64,000 nt of DNA from an uncultured Phycisphaerales bacterium (GTDB taxonomy: Bacteria; Planctomycetota; Phycisphaerae; Tepidisphaerales; Tepidisphaeraceae), in NCBI GenBank assembly GCA_963758525.1, contig CAVWVQ010000003.1:2176001-2240000 (forward strand). The letters run 5' to 3'. The notes beneath the pieces were generated by a model. The model did not search any database, was not told the origin of the DNA, and was given only the letters and a program-made list of their open reading frames with translations. Each line of letters starts with the position of its first letter. Positions within the stretch are counted from its first letter, which is position 1. This document shows, one piece after another, positions 33,138-44,049 of this stretch. A program made the translations under genes and the position numbers.

Positions 33138-34138
33138 TCAAAGAAGTCTCTCCCCAATCTGGACCGCATTGGTCGCCGCTCCCTTGCGAATCTGGTCTCC
33201 GCTGACAAACATCTCGATGCCGCGGCCGTCTTCCCGGCTGATATCCTGACGGATACGCCCGACCAGCACGTCGTCCTGGTGGCTCGCCTCGAGCGGCATG
33301 GGGAAATGATTCTTCTCGCGATCGTCGACGATCGTGACGCCGGGCGCCTTGCCGAGGATGTCGCGGACCTGCTGCGGCGACATCGGGCGCTCGAATTCGA
33401 GATTGATCGCCTCGCAATGGGCCCGTGGAATCGGCACGCGGACGCAAGTCGCGGTCACCATGATTTTCGAGTCGCCGAAAATCTTCCGCGTCTCGTTCAC
33501 CATCTTGTTCTCTTCTTCGTTGTATCCGTTCTCCGCGATTCTGGTGTTGTGGCTGAAAAGATTGTTCACGATTTGATGCGGAAAGAGCGATCGCTCGATC
33601 GACGATCCGCTCGCGTATGCCTTGATCTGCCGCTCCAATTCATGGAGTCCCTGCGCGCCGCGCCGCTGACAGCCTGGTACGTGCTCACGATGATGCGCTT
33701 GACGCGATTGGCCTTGTGCAACGGCCAGACCGGAACATTCATGATGATCGTCGAGCAGTTCGGATTGGCGATCAGTCCGACGTGCTTTGCTATTTGCTCC
33801 GGATTCACCTCGGGGATCACCAGCGGGATGCCCTCTTTCATGCGGAAGGCGCTGGTATTGTCGATTACGACCGCCCCCGCGGCTACTGCCGCCGGCGCGA
33901 ACTCCCGGCTGATGCTCCCGCCGGCACTGAAAAATGCGATTTGCACGCCCTTAAACGAGTCTTTTGTGAGTTCTTCGACGGTATACGTCTTGCCTGCAAA
34001 GTCGATCGTCTTGCCCGCACTGCGCGCGCTGGCCAGCAGCTTCAGGGAGCGCATGGGGAACTTGCGCTCCGCCAGGACGGTGAGAAATTCCTGTCCAACG
34101 GCGCCGGTGGCGCCGACAATCGCAACATGCACGGACAT
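33138..34138 (-). CDS. asd: Aspartate-semialdehyde dehydrogenase (apparent frameshift near 33655)
   Basis: GATGAVG, ANPNCST, STYQAVSGA, EEENKMVNETRKI, TCVRVP, GDQIRKGAATNAVQI. Confidence 0.95.
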
Positions 34139-34232
34139 CGCAAAAACTCCGCAAAATCAAGGTTTGGGAAACGAATAGCATCTTACGGGCGCGCAGCGCG
34201 TATTGTCACGCGTTGTGCGTCCCGGCGTCCGA

Positions 34233-35682
34233 CTATCGCCGCCGCTTGTGTCGGCGATTGATCGGAATTTTGCTCCCGATCGTGCGAGGCGGAGCTTGCA
34301 GCGTGATCGGTGCTGGCTGACCCTCGGCCGCAGGGGCGCTGGGAGCGCCAAAGGAGCCGTAGGGGCGCTCGAAGCGGCTGACGACCGGAGTCGAGGGCGC
34401 GTTTGGCGTCATCCCCGGCTTGTCCACCGTCCAATCCGCCGGCGCGGGCCGCGGTTCAAAACCCGGAACCGTCGCAAGCGGAATCACCATGTTGATCAGC
34501 GATTCCACTTTTGTCAGCTCATCGCCCTGCTGTGGGGTGACGATCGTGAACGCCTTGCCGGCCGCGCCCATGCGTGCCGTGCGCCCGATGCGATGCACAT
34601 ACGCTTCAGGATCGTCCGGGATGTCGTAGTTGATGATGTGGCTTATATCCGCCACGTCGATGCCGCGGCTGGCCAGATCGGTTGCGACCAGCACGTCGAA
34701 TTTCCCCCCGCGAAAGCTTTTCATCACGCGCTCTCGCTTGTTCTGGGCAAGATTGCCGTGAATCTCCCGGCACTCGATGCCGTCGGCATGCAGCCGCTTG
34801 GCGATTTTCTCGGCGCCGCGCTTGGTCCGCGTGAAGACGATCGCCAAATCGGGGTTTTGTTCCTCGAGCAGCGCCCGCAGCAGACGATATTTGTCCCATT
34901 CGCCGCAGGAGAGGTAATACTGCTCGACGTTCTCCACCGTCGGCTTGTCGTCGGCGCCGGGCGCGATCAGCTTCTCGATCGGCTCGCGCATGTACTGGCG
35001 GCTGAGTTTTTCGATTTCCGGGCTGATCGTCGCCGAGACGAAGATCGTCTGATGTGATCGCTGTGCGGGCGCATCCTGCCCGTCTGTATCATTATCATTC
35101 TCCGCATTGTCACGATCGTTGCGCATTCCGCTGACGCCCTTGACGCGCGAGAGGATATTGCGAATGTCGTCGCGAAATCCGATGTCGAGCATGCGATCCA
35201 CTTCGTCGAGAATGACGAAGCGGACGTTGCGGAAATCGATGATGCGCCGATCCAGCAGGTCGATGACGCGGCCCGGCGTGCCGATCAGAATCTCGGGGCT
35301 GTGCTTCAGGAATTTCATCTGGGCGACGATTTTCTGCCCGCCGTAGACGGCAACCGAACGAATCGGCGTGTACTGCCCGAGCCGTTTCACTTCCTCGTCG
35401 ACCTGCACCGCCAATTCGCGCGTGGGGACGAGCATGATCGCCTGCGTGGCCAGCCCCTTGGTGACCTGCGAGAGAACCGGGATGGCAAACGCCGCGGTTT
35501 TGCCCGTGCCGGTGCGCGCCTGGCCGAGCAGATCGACCCCTGCCAGCGCGCGGAATCAGCAGCGCCTGGATTTCCGACGGTACCGTGAATTTTGCTTCGG
35601 CCAGCGCACGAAGGATGGACGGACGAACGCCCAAAGCGGCAAACGCATCGGGCATCGGGGCATGTTCAGTTTTGTCGCTCAA
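34233..35682 (-). CDS. DEAD-box RNA helicase (apparent frameshift near 35545)
   Basis: Q motif PSEIQ, restored ARTGTGKT, PTRELA, DEVD, SAT, HRIGRTAR. Confidence 0.93.
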
Positions 35683-35771
35683 GAATCTCCTGGAGTTACC
35701 CTGAAAAAGAGGCGGGATTGTAGCGGCTGCCGCCATCGCTTTCCAATATGCGACGGGGGCTGTCGATGGCG

Positions 35772-36045
35772 GAAATCCGAATTGCGAAACCAGAACGACG
35801 AATCAAGCCCGAATGACCAAACCAGAATCCCCGAATCAAAGAATCAAATCAGAATGACGAATGACTGAATGGGGAGATGTAGCACCGCCGCCCTCGGCAG
35901 TGCGAGCTTCAAATCAGCACGACGGCGACTGCCCGCCATAGTCTTCATTCGGTCATTCGTCATTCTGGTTTGATTCTTTGATTCTGGTTTCTGATTTCGT
36001 CATTCGGGTTGCGGCTGGGGAATCGAGCTTCGTCATTCGAATTTC
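35772..36045. repeat. Large heptamer-based inverted-repeat element with a GTAG REP-like unit in its loop
   Basis: 39-bp core arms 35833-35871 / 35946-35984 (2 mismatches), outer degenerate arms; GTAGCACCGCCGCCCTCGGCAGTGC at 35879. Confidence 0.8.
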
Positions 36046-36056
36046 CCCGCAACCCC

Positions 36057-38195
36057 CTACCGCTCCGTCCCATGCAACTGCCCCTCATACAGTTGCTCGT
36101 AAATCTCGCAGGTTCGCAGCAGCTCTTCATGGCTTCCCTGGCCGACGATTCGGCCGCGATCCATCACGACGATCCAATCGGCACTCTTGATGGTGCTGAA
36201 GCGATGGGCGATGACAAACGTCGTGCGCTCGTGCAGCATGCCGTCGATGGCTTTCTGAATAAGCTGTTCGCTCTCGGCATCCACCTGGCTGGTCGCTTCA
36301 TCCAGGATCAGAATCGGAGCTTTGCGAAAGATGGCGCGGGCGATGCAAAGCCGCTGCTTTTGGCCGCCGGAGAGCTGGCCGCCGAGGCCTCCGAGCGAAA
36401 ATGCATAGCCAGCCGGTTTTTGGAGGATGAAATCGTGCGCGAAGGCGCGCGTCGCGGCATTGTGAATGTCGGCTTCGGCTGCAAGAGGGCTTCCGTATGC
36501 GATGTTTTGCGCGATCGTCCCCGGGAAGATGACGGAGTCTTGCGTGACGATGCTGATCTGACGCCGCAGCGATCGCAGGGCGGCGTCGCGAATGTCGATC
36601 CCATCGATGAGGATGCGCCCCTCCTGCGGATCGTAGAAACGCGGGAGCAGCGCCAACAGCGTGGTCTTGCCGCTGCCGTTGCGACCGACGACGGCGATGC
36701 ATTTTCCCTTGGGGACCACGAGACTGACATCATCCAGCGCCGGGCTGCTCGCGCCGGGATAGGTGAACGTGACGTTTTCGAACCGCACTTCCCGCTGCAA
36801 CGGCGGAAGCTTCACGAAGCGAGACGGAGCGTGCAGCCCATTGCCGTTGGTGGACGGCAGCGGCGCCTCCAGATCGCGCGTCCGTTCGATCGGCAGCGAA
36901 ATGATCTCAAAAATGCGCCCAGCCGCGGCGCTGGCCTTCTGGACGGTGTTGTTCACTTTACTGACGCGGCGGAGCGAATCGCCCATGCTGGCGAGACACG
37001 CCATCACCACGATGAAGCTTGCGATCGACAGCGTCTGTGACACGCAGACCATGTAGGACGCGAAAATCACCACGATGCAGACCACGAAAAATGTCAGCGT
37101 CTCCAACGACGGGCCGGTAAACGAGTCGATCCGGCTCATGCGCAGCTGCTGTTTGACCAGTTCGTCCATGATGCGCGTGTAGCGCCGCCGTTCAAATCGC
37201 TCGGCCGTGGCCCCTTTGACCACGCGAATGCCGTGCAGCGACGCCTCGATCTGCCCGAGCATGGACGCGGAATTCATCAGCGCCTTCTTGCTCGCGCGCC
37301 GCATCTTCTTTCCCATCTTTTTAATCACGGCCAGCATCAGCGGCGCGAAGAGCACGACGAAGATGGTCAGCTTCCAGCTCACCGTTACCGCAACGGCAAA
37401 CGCCATCACCGCCTTGATCGGCTCCTGCACGGTCTGGCCGAGGATCGTCTTGTATCCCTCCTGCAACCCCTGCGCGTCCTGCACGAGCCGGCTGGTAACG
37501 TCGCTGGTGCCGCTCAGGTTGAAGTGACTCAACGGCACATGCAGGATGTGATCGTAGAGCCGGCGCCGGATGTCATTAACGGCAAGAATCGCCACCTTGT
37601 CGGAGAAATATTCCTGAAAGAAATCGACGAAGTTGGCCACGACGGACAGGCACGCCAGCAGCCCGAGGACCAGGGCGATGGCCTTGACCGGATGCGTTGG
37701 AAATCGCATGGCGATGTGCCGCGCAGCTACGAGATAACCCGGGAGCGGCGGAAGCGCCAGCGCCACGTCACCTCGGTTGAAAACCTCCACAGTTGCCGTC
37801 GCCTGCGCCGGATCAGAGAGCGCGGCGAGCGATGCGGTTGGCAGCTTCGGACCATCGCCGGGAAGACTCAGGACATCGAATTTGTGCAGCCCCGCGCGTT
37901 CCGCGGCGCCGCCGGGCGTGAGCTTGACGATTCGCAGTTCGTTGACGTCGTCGCTGAAGCGCACGCCCAGCCGGTGGGCGGCTATCTCGCGCTGTGCCCA
38001 CGTCGGAACGGTATCCCCTTTGAACAGCACATTGCAGATCGGCAGAAGCGTCCCCAGTCCGCTGGTCGCGGCCGCCGCGCAGAAGAAGGCGCAGACAATT
38101 GAGACGACCATCAGCCGCCAGTAGGGCGTGATGAATCGCATCGCCCGCCAGAAGTCAGCTGTGCTCTTTTTTTTGCGAACACCGTCAGAAGCCAT
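36057..38195 (-). CDS. MsbA-like ABC exporter (fused TMD-NBD) with PDZ-like loop
   Basis: GRNGSGKT, LSGGQKQR, ILDEATS, IAHR; ABC membrane domain. Confidence 0.9.
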   Translation of the reverse strand: MASDGVRKKKSTADFWRAMRFITPYWRLMVVSIVCAFFCAAAATSGLGTLLPICNVLFKGDTVPTWAQREIAAHRLGVRFSDDVNELRIVKLTPGGAAERAGLHKFDVLSLPGDGPKLPTASLAALSDPAQATATVEVFNRGDVALALPPLPGYLVAARHIAMRFPTHPVKAIALVLGLLACLSVVANFVDFFQEYFSDKVAILAVNDIRRRLYDHILHVPLSHFNLSGTSDVTSRLVQDAQGLQEGYKTILGQTVQEPIKAVMAFAVAVTVSWKLTIFVVLFAPLMLAVIKKMGKKMRRASKKALMNSASMLGQIEASLHGIRVVKGATAERFERRRYTRIMDELVKQQLRMSRIDSFTGPSLETLTFFVVCIVVIFASYMVCVSQTLSIASFIVVMACLASMGDSLRRVSKVNNTVQKASAAAGRIFEIISLPIERTRDLEAPLPSTNGNGLHAPSRFVKLPPLQREVRFENVTFTYPGASSPALDDVSLVVPKGKCIAVVGRNGSGKTTLLALLPRFYDPQEGRILIDGIDIRDAALRSLRRQISIVTQDSVIFPGTIAQNIAYGSPLAAEADIHNAATRAFAHDFILQKPAGYAFSLGGLGGQLSGGQKQRLCIARAIFRKAPILILDEATSQVDAESEQLIQKAIDGMLHERTTFVIAHRFSTIKSADWIVVMDRGRIVGQGSHEELLRTCEIYEQLYEGQLHGTER

Positions 38196-38205
38196 ATTTC
38201 GTACC

Positions 38206-38348
38206 GTACCACGGGTTTCCAACCCGTGCGACCCGCGCCAGTTGAACGCTCCGGTTATCATTGACAAAAAAAGTGGAGTTGAAATCTCTGCAGCAAAGGT
38301 CACCTTAAAAGCCGGCGCCGCTTGCACGGGTTGGGAAACCCGTGGTAC
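38206..38348. repeat. GTAC-type REP-like inverted doublet
   Basis: GTACCACGGGTTTCCAACCCGTGC ... GCACGGGTTGGGAAACCCGTGGTAC. Confidence 0.8.
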
Positions 38349-38357
38349 ATTTCGGCG

Positions 38358-38783
38358 ATGAACGTGCTTCCCTTTTTGGCTGATGGCAACGCCGACCCGC
38401 GTTCGAGCTGGGCGCCGGTGGTGTTGCTTCTGGTGATCGCGATCGGCTTCGCGGTGACGAATCTGGCGCTGTCGCTGATCGTCGGCCCGTCGCGCACCGG
38501 CCCGGGCAAGGAGAGCACTTACGAAAGCGGCATGGTCCCCATCGGCGATGCCCGCCGGCGGTTTAACGTTCGCTTCTACATCGTCGCGATGATCTTCCTC
38601 GTCTTCGATGTGGAAATCGTCTTCATGTACCCATGGGCGACAATCTACGCCTACAGCACCCGCAGCGAAGGGATCGGCGGACTCGACAGCGGCCTGCTGC
38701 TGCTGGAAATCATCGTATTCATTGCGATTTTGCTGCTCGCCTACTTCTACGCGTGGGGCAAGGGCGTCTTCCGGTGGGACTGA
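38358..38783 (+). CDS. nuoA: NADH-quinone oxidoreductase subunit A
   Basis: KESTYESGM, RFYIVAMIFLVFDVEIVFMYPWA, YAWGKGVFRWD. Confidence 0.95.
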   Translation: MNVLPFLADGNADPRSSWAPVVLLLVIAIGFAVTNLALSLIVGPSRTGPGKESTYESGMVPIGDARRRFNVRFYIVAMIFLVFDVEIVFMYPWATIYAYSTRSEGIGGLDSGLLLLEIIVFIAILLLAYFYAWGKGVFRWD

Positions 38784-38802
38784 CGCGACGCTCTCGCGTC
38801 GC

Positions 38803-38993
38803 GGAAACCAGAAACCCGAAACCCGAATGACGAATCAAATAATCAAATCCTAATTCTCGAATGAGAGCGCGTCACTTGGGTCTCTCACTGGCACGGCGTC
38901 AATTAAACAAATGTCGTGGGATACGCACGGCGTTTCATTCGGATTTCGTCATTCGGGCTTGATTCTGGTTTCGGATTTCGTCATTCGGGTTTC
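38803..38993. repeat. Heptamer-based inverted repeat element
   Basis: GAAACCAGAAACCCGAAACCCGAATGACGAATCAA ... TTGATTCTGGTTTCGGATTTCGTCATTCGGGTTTC. Confidence 0.75.
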
Positions 38994-39051
38994 AGCGGAA
39001 GGGGCCAAAGCTTCAACATTCGAATCTTCGCGCAGCACTTCAAGGCACAAG

Positions 39052-39156
39052 TCACCGCAGATATATAACTCCCGCCCCCAGCGCCGCGGCGGCGGCGAAG
39101 AAGACACCGAGCTCAGCACACTGCGACACAACTTGGACCAGACGGGCACGGAACAT
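39052..39156 (-). CDS. Candidate 34-aa single-TM small protein
   Basis: AAGGGAG RBS 5 nt before ATG; MFRARLVQVVSQCAELGVFFAAAAALGAGVIYLR. Confidence 0.45.
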   Translation of the reverse strand: MFRARLVQVVSQCAELGVFFAAAAALGAGVIYLR

Positions 39157-39463
39157 GAACGCTCCCTTACAGGCAAAGCTCCATATCACCCGGCTGCTCC
39201 GCAGCCTGTCGCCCGATGATCCGTGGGTTCGGTGAACTACTCTGTCCATCGTCACGACTGAACTGAATTCTTCGCGGATTCCGCAGCGCTGAAAGTGATT
39301 TCACATTTCTTGGCGACATTGGCAAGTTTGATGCTGTCTTTGCCAAACTTGCATCCCCTGACGCGCGGCTATGGGACCGCAAATTGTGAATCTGTATGGC
39401 TGATGCGGCGCAAGCGTTTCCCCGCGGCCCCCGGACTTCCAACGGGCATCACCAACTGACTTC

Positions 39464-40534
39464 TCAGCCGCCCCGCACGACCGTGCGAAGCCCGGCGACG
39501 TACGGAGCCGTGACAATCCCGTTTTCCGTGATGATTGCGCTGACCAGCTCGCTGGGCGTCACGTCGAAAGCCGGGTTGTAGACATCGACGCCTGGGGGGG
39601 CGGTGACGCGGCCAAGCCCGCGTGTCACTTCGGCGGGGTCGCGCTGTTCGATGGGAATTTCCCGGCCGCTGGGAAGAGACAGGTCGATGCTGCTGGTCGG
39701 CGCGGCGACGTAGAAGGGGATCCCGAAATGTTTGGCAAGAATCGCGACCGACAGCGTGCCGATCTTATTGGCCACGTCGCCGTTGGCAGCGACGCGATCG
39801 GTTCCGACGATGACCGCCTTGATCTTTCCCTGCTGCATGACCGCCGCCGCCATGCTGTCGCACAGGACGGTGACGGGGATGCCGCTGGCGTGCAGCTCGT
39901 ACGCGGTGATTCGGCTTCCCTGCAGCAGCGGGCGCGTTTCATCGGCAAAGACATGAAACTGCACGCCGCGCTCGGCGCCCACGTAGATCGGCGCCAGCGC
40001 AGTGCCGTAGGCGACCGTTGCCAGGCTTCCGGCGTTGCAATGCGTGAGGACCGGCACGATTCCCTGGTCGTTGGCGAGTTTCTGCAGGAGCGACAAGCCG
40101 TGCTCGCCGATCGCGCGGCAAACGGCGCGGTCCTCCTGGTGCATGGCGATGGCTTCATCGAGCATGCGCTGCTTGATCATCGGAAGCAGTTGCCCGCGAC
40201 GCTTCGCATCTTGTGCGACGCGCGCGACTCGATCCACCGCCCACGCGAGGTTCACCGCTGTCGGCCGGCTCGATTTCAGGTAGTTGCCGACTTCTTCCAG
40301 ACGGCCGAAGAAGGTATCGATGTCGCCCGGATCGCCGCCCGAATCGCACACTCCCAGAAAAAGTCCGAACGCGGCGGCCACGCCGATCGCCGGCGCACCG
40401 CGCACGACGAGCCGCTTGATCGCGTCCCACATTTCCCGTTCGTCGCGAATCTCGACGTAGATGGTCTCCGCCGGCAAGCGCGTCTGATCGAGCAGACGAA
40501 CAACCGTTCCTGTCCATGCGATGGTTTCGAGCAT
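39464..40534 (-). CDS. mtnA: S-methyl-5-thioribose-1-phosphate isomerase
   Basis: LDQTRLP, VRGAPAIG, RPTAVNL, THCNAGSLAT, ETRPLLQGSR, NKIGT, NPAFDVTP. Confidence 0.95.
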   Translation of the reverse strand: MLETIAWTGTVVRLLDQTRLPAETIYVEIRDEREMWDAIKRLVVRGAPAIGVAAAFGLFLGVCDSGGDPGDIDTFFGRLEEVGNYLKSSRPTAVNLAWAVDRVARVAQDAKRRGQLLPMIKQRMLDEAIAMHQEDRAVCRAIGEHGLSLLQKLANDQGIVPVLTHCNAGSLATVAYGTALAPIYVGAERGVQFHVFADETRPLLQGSRITAYELHASGIPVTVLCDSMAAAVMQQGKIKAVIVGTDRVAANGDVANKIGTLSVAILAKHFGIPFYVAAPTSSIDLSLPSGREIPIEQRDPAEVTRGLGRVTAPPGVDVYNPAFDVTPSELVSAIITENGIVTAPYVAGLRTVVRGG

Positions 40535-40535
40535 A

Positions 40536-42173
40536 TTACTTGCCGGCGCCTTCCTTGAGCTGGCTCAAATTGACCACGCCGCCGGCAATATCCAGCTTGA
40601 CGATAAAATTGCGGAGGAAAGGGCCGCCGAGCAGGCACTCGGCCTTCACTTCGGGCGGCAGGACGACGCACTCGACATTCTCAACGGAAAACTCCCCAAG
40701 GCGGACGCTGCGAAGCGATTCCACGAATGCGGTGCTGTGCTTCCCATCGGCGGCCACGAATTCCTCCTTGGGGGTTTCGGGCCCGGGAACGATGCCGAGC
40801 TTCTTTGCCACGTCGGCGGTGAGCAGAATGCTGGCCGCTCCGCTGTCGAGAATCATCCGGGTGGTCACTTCACCATTCAGCAACACGTCGACGGCCGGCA
40901 CGCCCCCTTCGAGCTGGAACGGGATTGCCTGTGATTTCATCCATTGCGTCTGCGCACGCGTCCAGGCCAGCGCCTCTTTAAACGGGGCGGAAGGGCCGAG
41001 CTTTTGTGCCGTCGCGGATTTGACGTTCAGCGCGGACAACGCGGAGGCAACCTCCGGGTCCTTTGCAAGAGTATCGTATTGTTGCTGTGCGGCTTCGAGG
41101 GTGTTGCTGAAGGTGACCAGCGCGTCAGTGTATTTATTACGGGTATCCAGCATTGCAGCCAGGGCGGCTTCACGATCCTTCAGATACGCATCCGCCTTTT
41201 CCCATCGCTCCAACTGAGCATTCATCTTGTCGACCTGCTGGTTGTAAGTGGCATATGCCTTGGGCATGCTCTTGAGCTGCGTTTCCATCTGGCTCCAGGC
41301 CGCGTGCTGCGTCTCGACATCCGCCTTGGCGGCTTTCACCTGTCTCTGAAGCTGGACCCGGCGTGCATTGTCCGCCTCCATGTGATTGCGCTCGATGCGA
41401 ACCGCTCGCTGCGTATCGGCCAGCTTGAGGTCGGCATCCAGCAGATACAGAAAGCCGGACTTGTTGAGGCCTTTGGATTTGAGCGTGTCTTCGGGAGGCA
41501 GGACGCTGGCGGGCTTGGCTGGGGGGGCAACGGCGGTGTCGACCGCGGCAGACTGGCGAATCTGCGCCAAGCGCGCATTTCCCCGGGTGACCTGGTCCGG
41601 GTCGGAAATCTCGGCGATGCGAATGAAACACCGGCAGATCTGCTCGGCAACGTCGTATCGCTCGGCCACCATGGCGTCGTCGATCGCCGACCAGGCGATG
41701 CCCAGGAAATGAGTGCGGTCGGCGGCGGCGTGGAGCGTTTTGCTCACGGCAAGAGTGGCCTGGGCCTTGAGCGCCGGTCCATCGACCGCGAAGGCGCCGT
41801 TGAGCGCATCGATCGCCCCATAGGCGGCGGAGAGATCGCCGGCCTCGACAGCGATGTCACGCGCAATCGTCAGAATCGCGTAATGCTTTGCGTTGTCCGG
41901 TTCATCGGCCGCGACCGTCACCAGTTTCGACGCGAGCGCCGCTTTCTGCGCAGGCAGGCCCGCGGCAGCGCGGTCGTGTGCGATGGTGCTTGAGACCGAG
42001 GTCGTGGCTGCTTTCAGGGACGTCGCGTCCGGGACGGGCAGCCGTGAATCCGGCGTGGGGTCTGCCGCGGTACAGCGAAATGTGGGTCCGCCCAATGCAA
42101 GGAGCGCGACGATCAACGTTCCCGCAGGCGCACGGCGAAGACATTTGCGTACTGACCGGGAAAACAGTTCCAT
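40536..42173 (-). CDS. Secreted retropepsin-like (clan AA) aspartic protease with helical/coiled-coil N-terminus
   Basis: Signal peptide; ILDSGAASI catalytic motif, LLGGPFL. Confidence 0.8.
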   Translation of the reverse strand: MELFSRSVRKCLRRAPAGTLIVALLALGGPTFRCTAADPTPDSRLPVPDATSLKAATTSVSSTIAHDRAAAGLPAQKAALASKLVTVAADEPDNAKHYAILTIARDIAVEAGDLSAAYGAIDALNGAFAVDGPALKAQATLAVSKTLHAAADRTHFLGIAWSAIDDAMVAERYDVAEQICRCFIRIAEISDPDQVTRGNARLAQIRQSAAVDTAVAPPAKPASVLPPEDTLKSKGLNKSGFLYLLDADLKLADTQRAVRIERNHMEADNARRVQLQRQVKAAKADVETQHAAWSQMETQLKSMPKAYATYNQQVDKMNAQLERWEKADAYLKDREAALAAMLDTRNKYTDALVTFSNTLEAAQQQYDTLAKDPEVASALSALNVKSATAQKLGPSAPFKEALAWTRAQTQWMKSQAIPFQLEGGVPAVDVLLNGEVTTRMILDSGAASILLTADVAKKLGIVPGPETPKEEFVAADGKHSTAFVESLRSVRLGEFSVENVECVVLPPEVKAECLLGGPFLRNFIVKLDIAGGVVNLSQLKEGAGK

Positions 42174-42262
42174 TTTCAGTCCACCCTTGGCAAGGATTCA
42201 CACGATGGGACTATGAAATGATAGCGGGGCCGCAAAAAAGCGGAAAGCCTCGGGGGGCGCCT

Positions 42263-42382
42263 ACAGAAATGTCCAAGGCCCAATGGCCAACAAAGCACCA
42301 GACCACAATGCCCAGGGCTGGTTATCGCATTGGTCATTGCGGCTTGGGATTTTGTTGGCCATTGGGCATTGGCCATTTCTGT
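42263..42382. repeat. Heptamer-based inverted repeat (CAATGGC family)
   Basis: About 50-bp imperfect arms ACAGAAATGTCCAAGGCCCAATGGCCAACAAA ... TTTGTTGGCCATTGGGCATTGGCCATTTCTGT. Confidence 0.8.
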
Positions 42383-42388
42383 CGTGTT

Positions 42389-44049
42389 CTACTGCTGGGC
42401 GCTCACGACGGCCGGCGTGGGCGATGATTCCTGGATTTGCGTCGCCAGGTGGGCGCGGGCGCTGAGCGCGTTGGCGGCGGGGATATAGAGGAAGAAGGCA
42501 AGCGTCGCGGCGACGGAGAGAGCAACGCCCCAGGCGGCGGGAGTTGCAAACAGTGCGGTGCCGACGGGATCGGCTTGAGCGGCCTGGCGCTGCGGCTCGG
42601 GCTCGGACGGCCGAAGGAACATCGCGGCGACAATGCGCAGATAGTAGGCCGCGGACACGGCAGCGTTGACCATGAGGATCACCACGAGCCAGCCCATGTG
42701 CGAGGAGATCGCGGGATTGGTGGTCGATTGCGCGATCGCCCATGCGGGCTTCACGAGGAAGTATTTTCCGAGGAATCCGACGGTGAAGGGGATGCCGGTC
42801 AGGCTGAGGCAGCAGACGGCCATCGCCAGGCCCAGACCGAGGTGACGATGCGCCTGGCCGGCGATGTCGTCGTAGGTCTCGGCAGCGCCGCTGGTGGGCG
42901 GAGTTGGAACCGCAGCGTTCGATTGGCGGGAGGGGAGCATCTGCAGCACGCCGAATGCGCCCGCATTCATGATGCCATAGGCCGCGAGATAGAAGAGGAC
43001 GCCGGCGAGAGCGTCGGATTGAATATCCGGGTGGCTGTGCGCGGCCAGCAGCGTCGTGAGGCCGACGAGCATGTAGCCGCTGTGCGCGACGGAGCTGTAC
43101 GCGAGCACGCGTTTGATGTTGAACTGGAGCAGGGCGAGCACATTGCCGAATGACATCGTGAGGATCGCCAGCACCCAGAGCAGCTTGAAGAGCACTTCTG
43201 GCGCAACCCAGGTTCCGCCGGTGATGGCGTAGAGAACCTTGATGATCGCGACCATGCCGCTGGTTTTGGGGACGAACGCGAGAAACGCCGTCACCGGGGT
43301 GGCGGCGCCCTGATAAACGTCGCCGGCGTAGGCGTGCAGCGGAACCGCCGCGATCTTAAACGCGAAACCCGCCAGAAGCAGACAGACGGCCAGGAGCTGC
43401 CAGGAGGTCATGCCGGCGACGCCCTGCGACGCAAAGAGACGCGCGATCGCGTCGAGCTTGGTCAGGCCGGTGGTTCCGTAGAGATAGCTGAACCCAAAGA
43501 GCATGAGGGCGGCGGACATTGCGCCGAGGAAGAAGTACTTCACGCCGGCTTCCTGCGCGACCGGGAGCGGGCGGGAGATCGAAACCATGATGTAGGTCGG
43601 GATGCTGGCCAGCTCAATGCCGAGAAAGAGGAGGATGATGTCATTGGCTCCGGCGACGAGAAACACGCCGGTGATGGAAAGCAGCATCAGGCCGAAGAAT
43701 TCGCCGGCATCGTGCCCGAATTCCAGTGAAGCGTTGCCGGTCGCTTCCTCACCGACAGGCCAGGCGAGGAAAACCAGCAGCACGCCGACGCCGGCGGCGA
43801 TCATTTTGATGTAGAGGGCGAAATGGAAGATATAGACCGTCGGGGAACTGGTGTTGGGAATCGAATCCCACAGGGCGCCGTTCTGGTCGGCCATGACGAT
43901 GCCGAAGAAGACCACGACCAGCGCGCCTGCCGCCAGAATCGGCGCGCGCGGCGGGAATTGGCGCTGCGGGACAATCCGAGCAAAAACAGGGCGCTGGCGG
44001 TCAACGCCAGGAGCAGCTCAGGCCAGAGGACGGGGAACAGAGAAATCAT
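42389..44049 (-). CDS. nuoN: NADH-quinone oxidoreductase subunit N (apparent frameshift near 43945)
   Basis: EAGVKYFFLG, FKIAAVPLH, NIKRVLAYSSVAHSGY. Confidence 0.93.

Noticed and set aside
35772..36045. Possible CRISPR array in the repeat-rich intergenic regions
   Set aside because: Repeats are inverted heptamer arms, not constant direct repeats with unique spacers; no cas genes
39320..39335. Sigma54-like TGGCA-N-TGC motif
   Set aside because: Imperfect and points toward the 3' end of mtnA with no downstream gene
33138..44049. Pseudogenes or programmed frameshifts in asd, the helicase and nuoN
   Set aside because: Single clean indels with otherwise intact motifs, no slippery sites, and the same context throughout the window; sequencing error is more parsimonious
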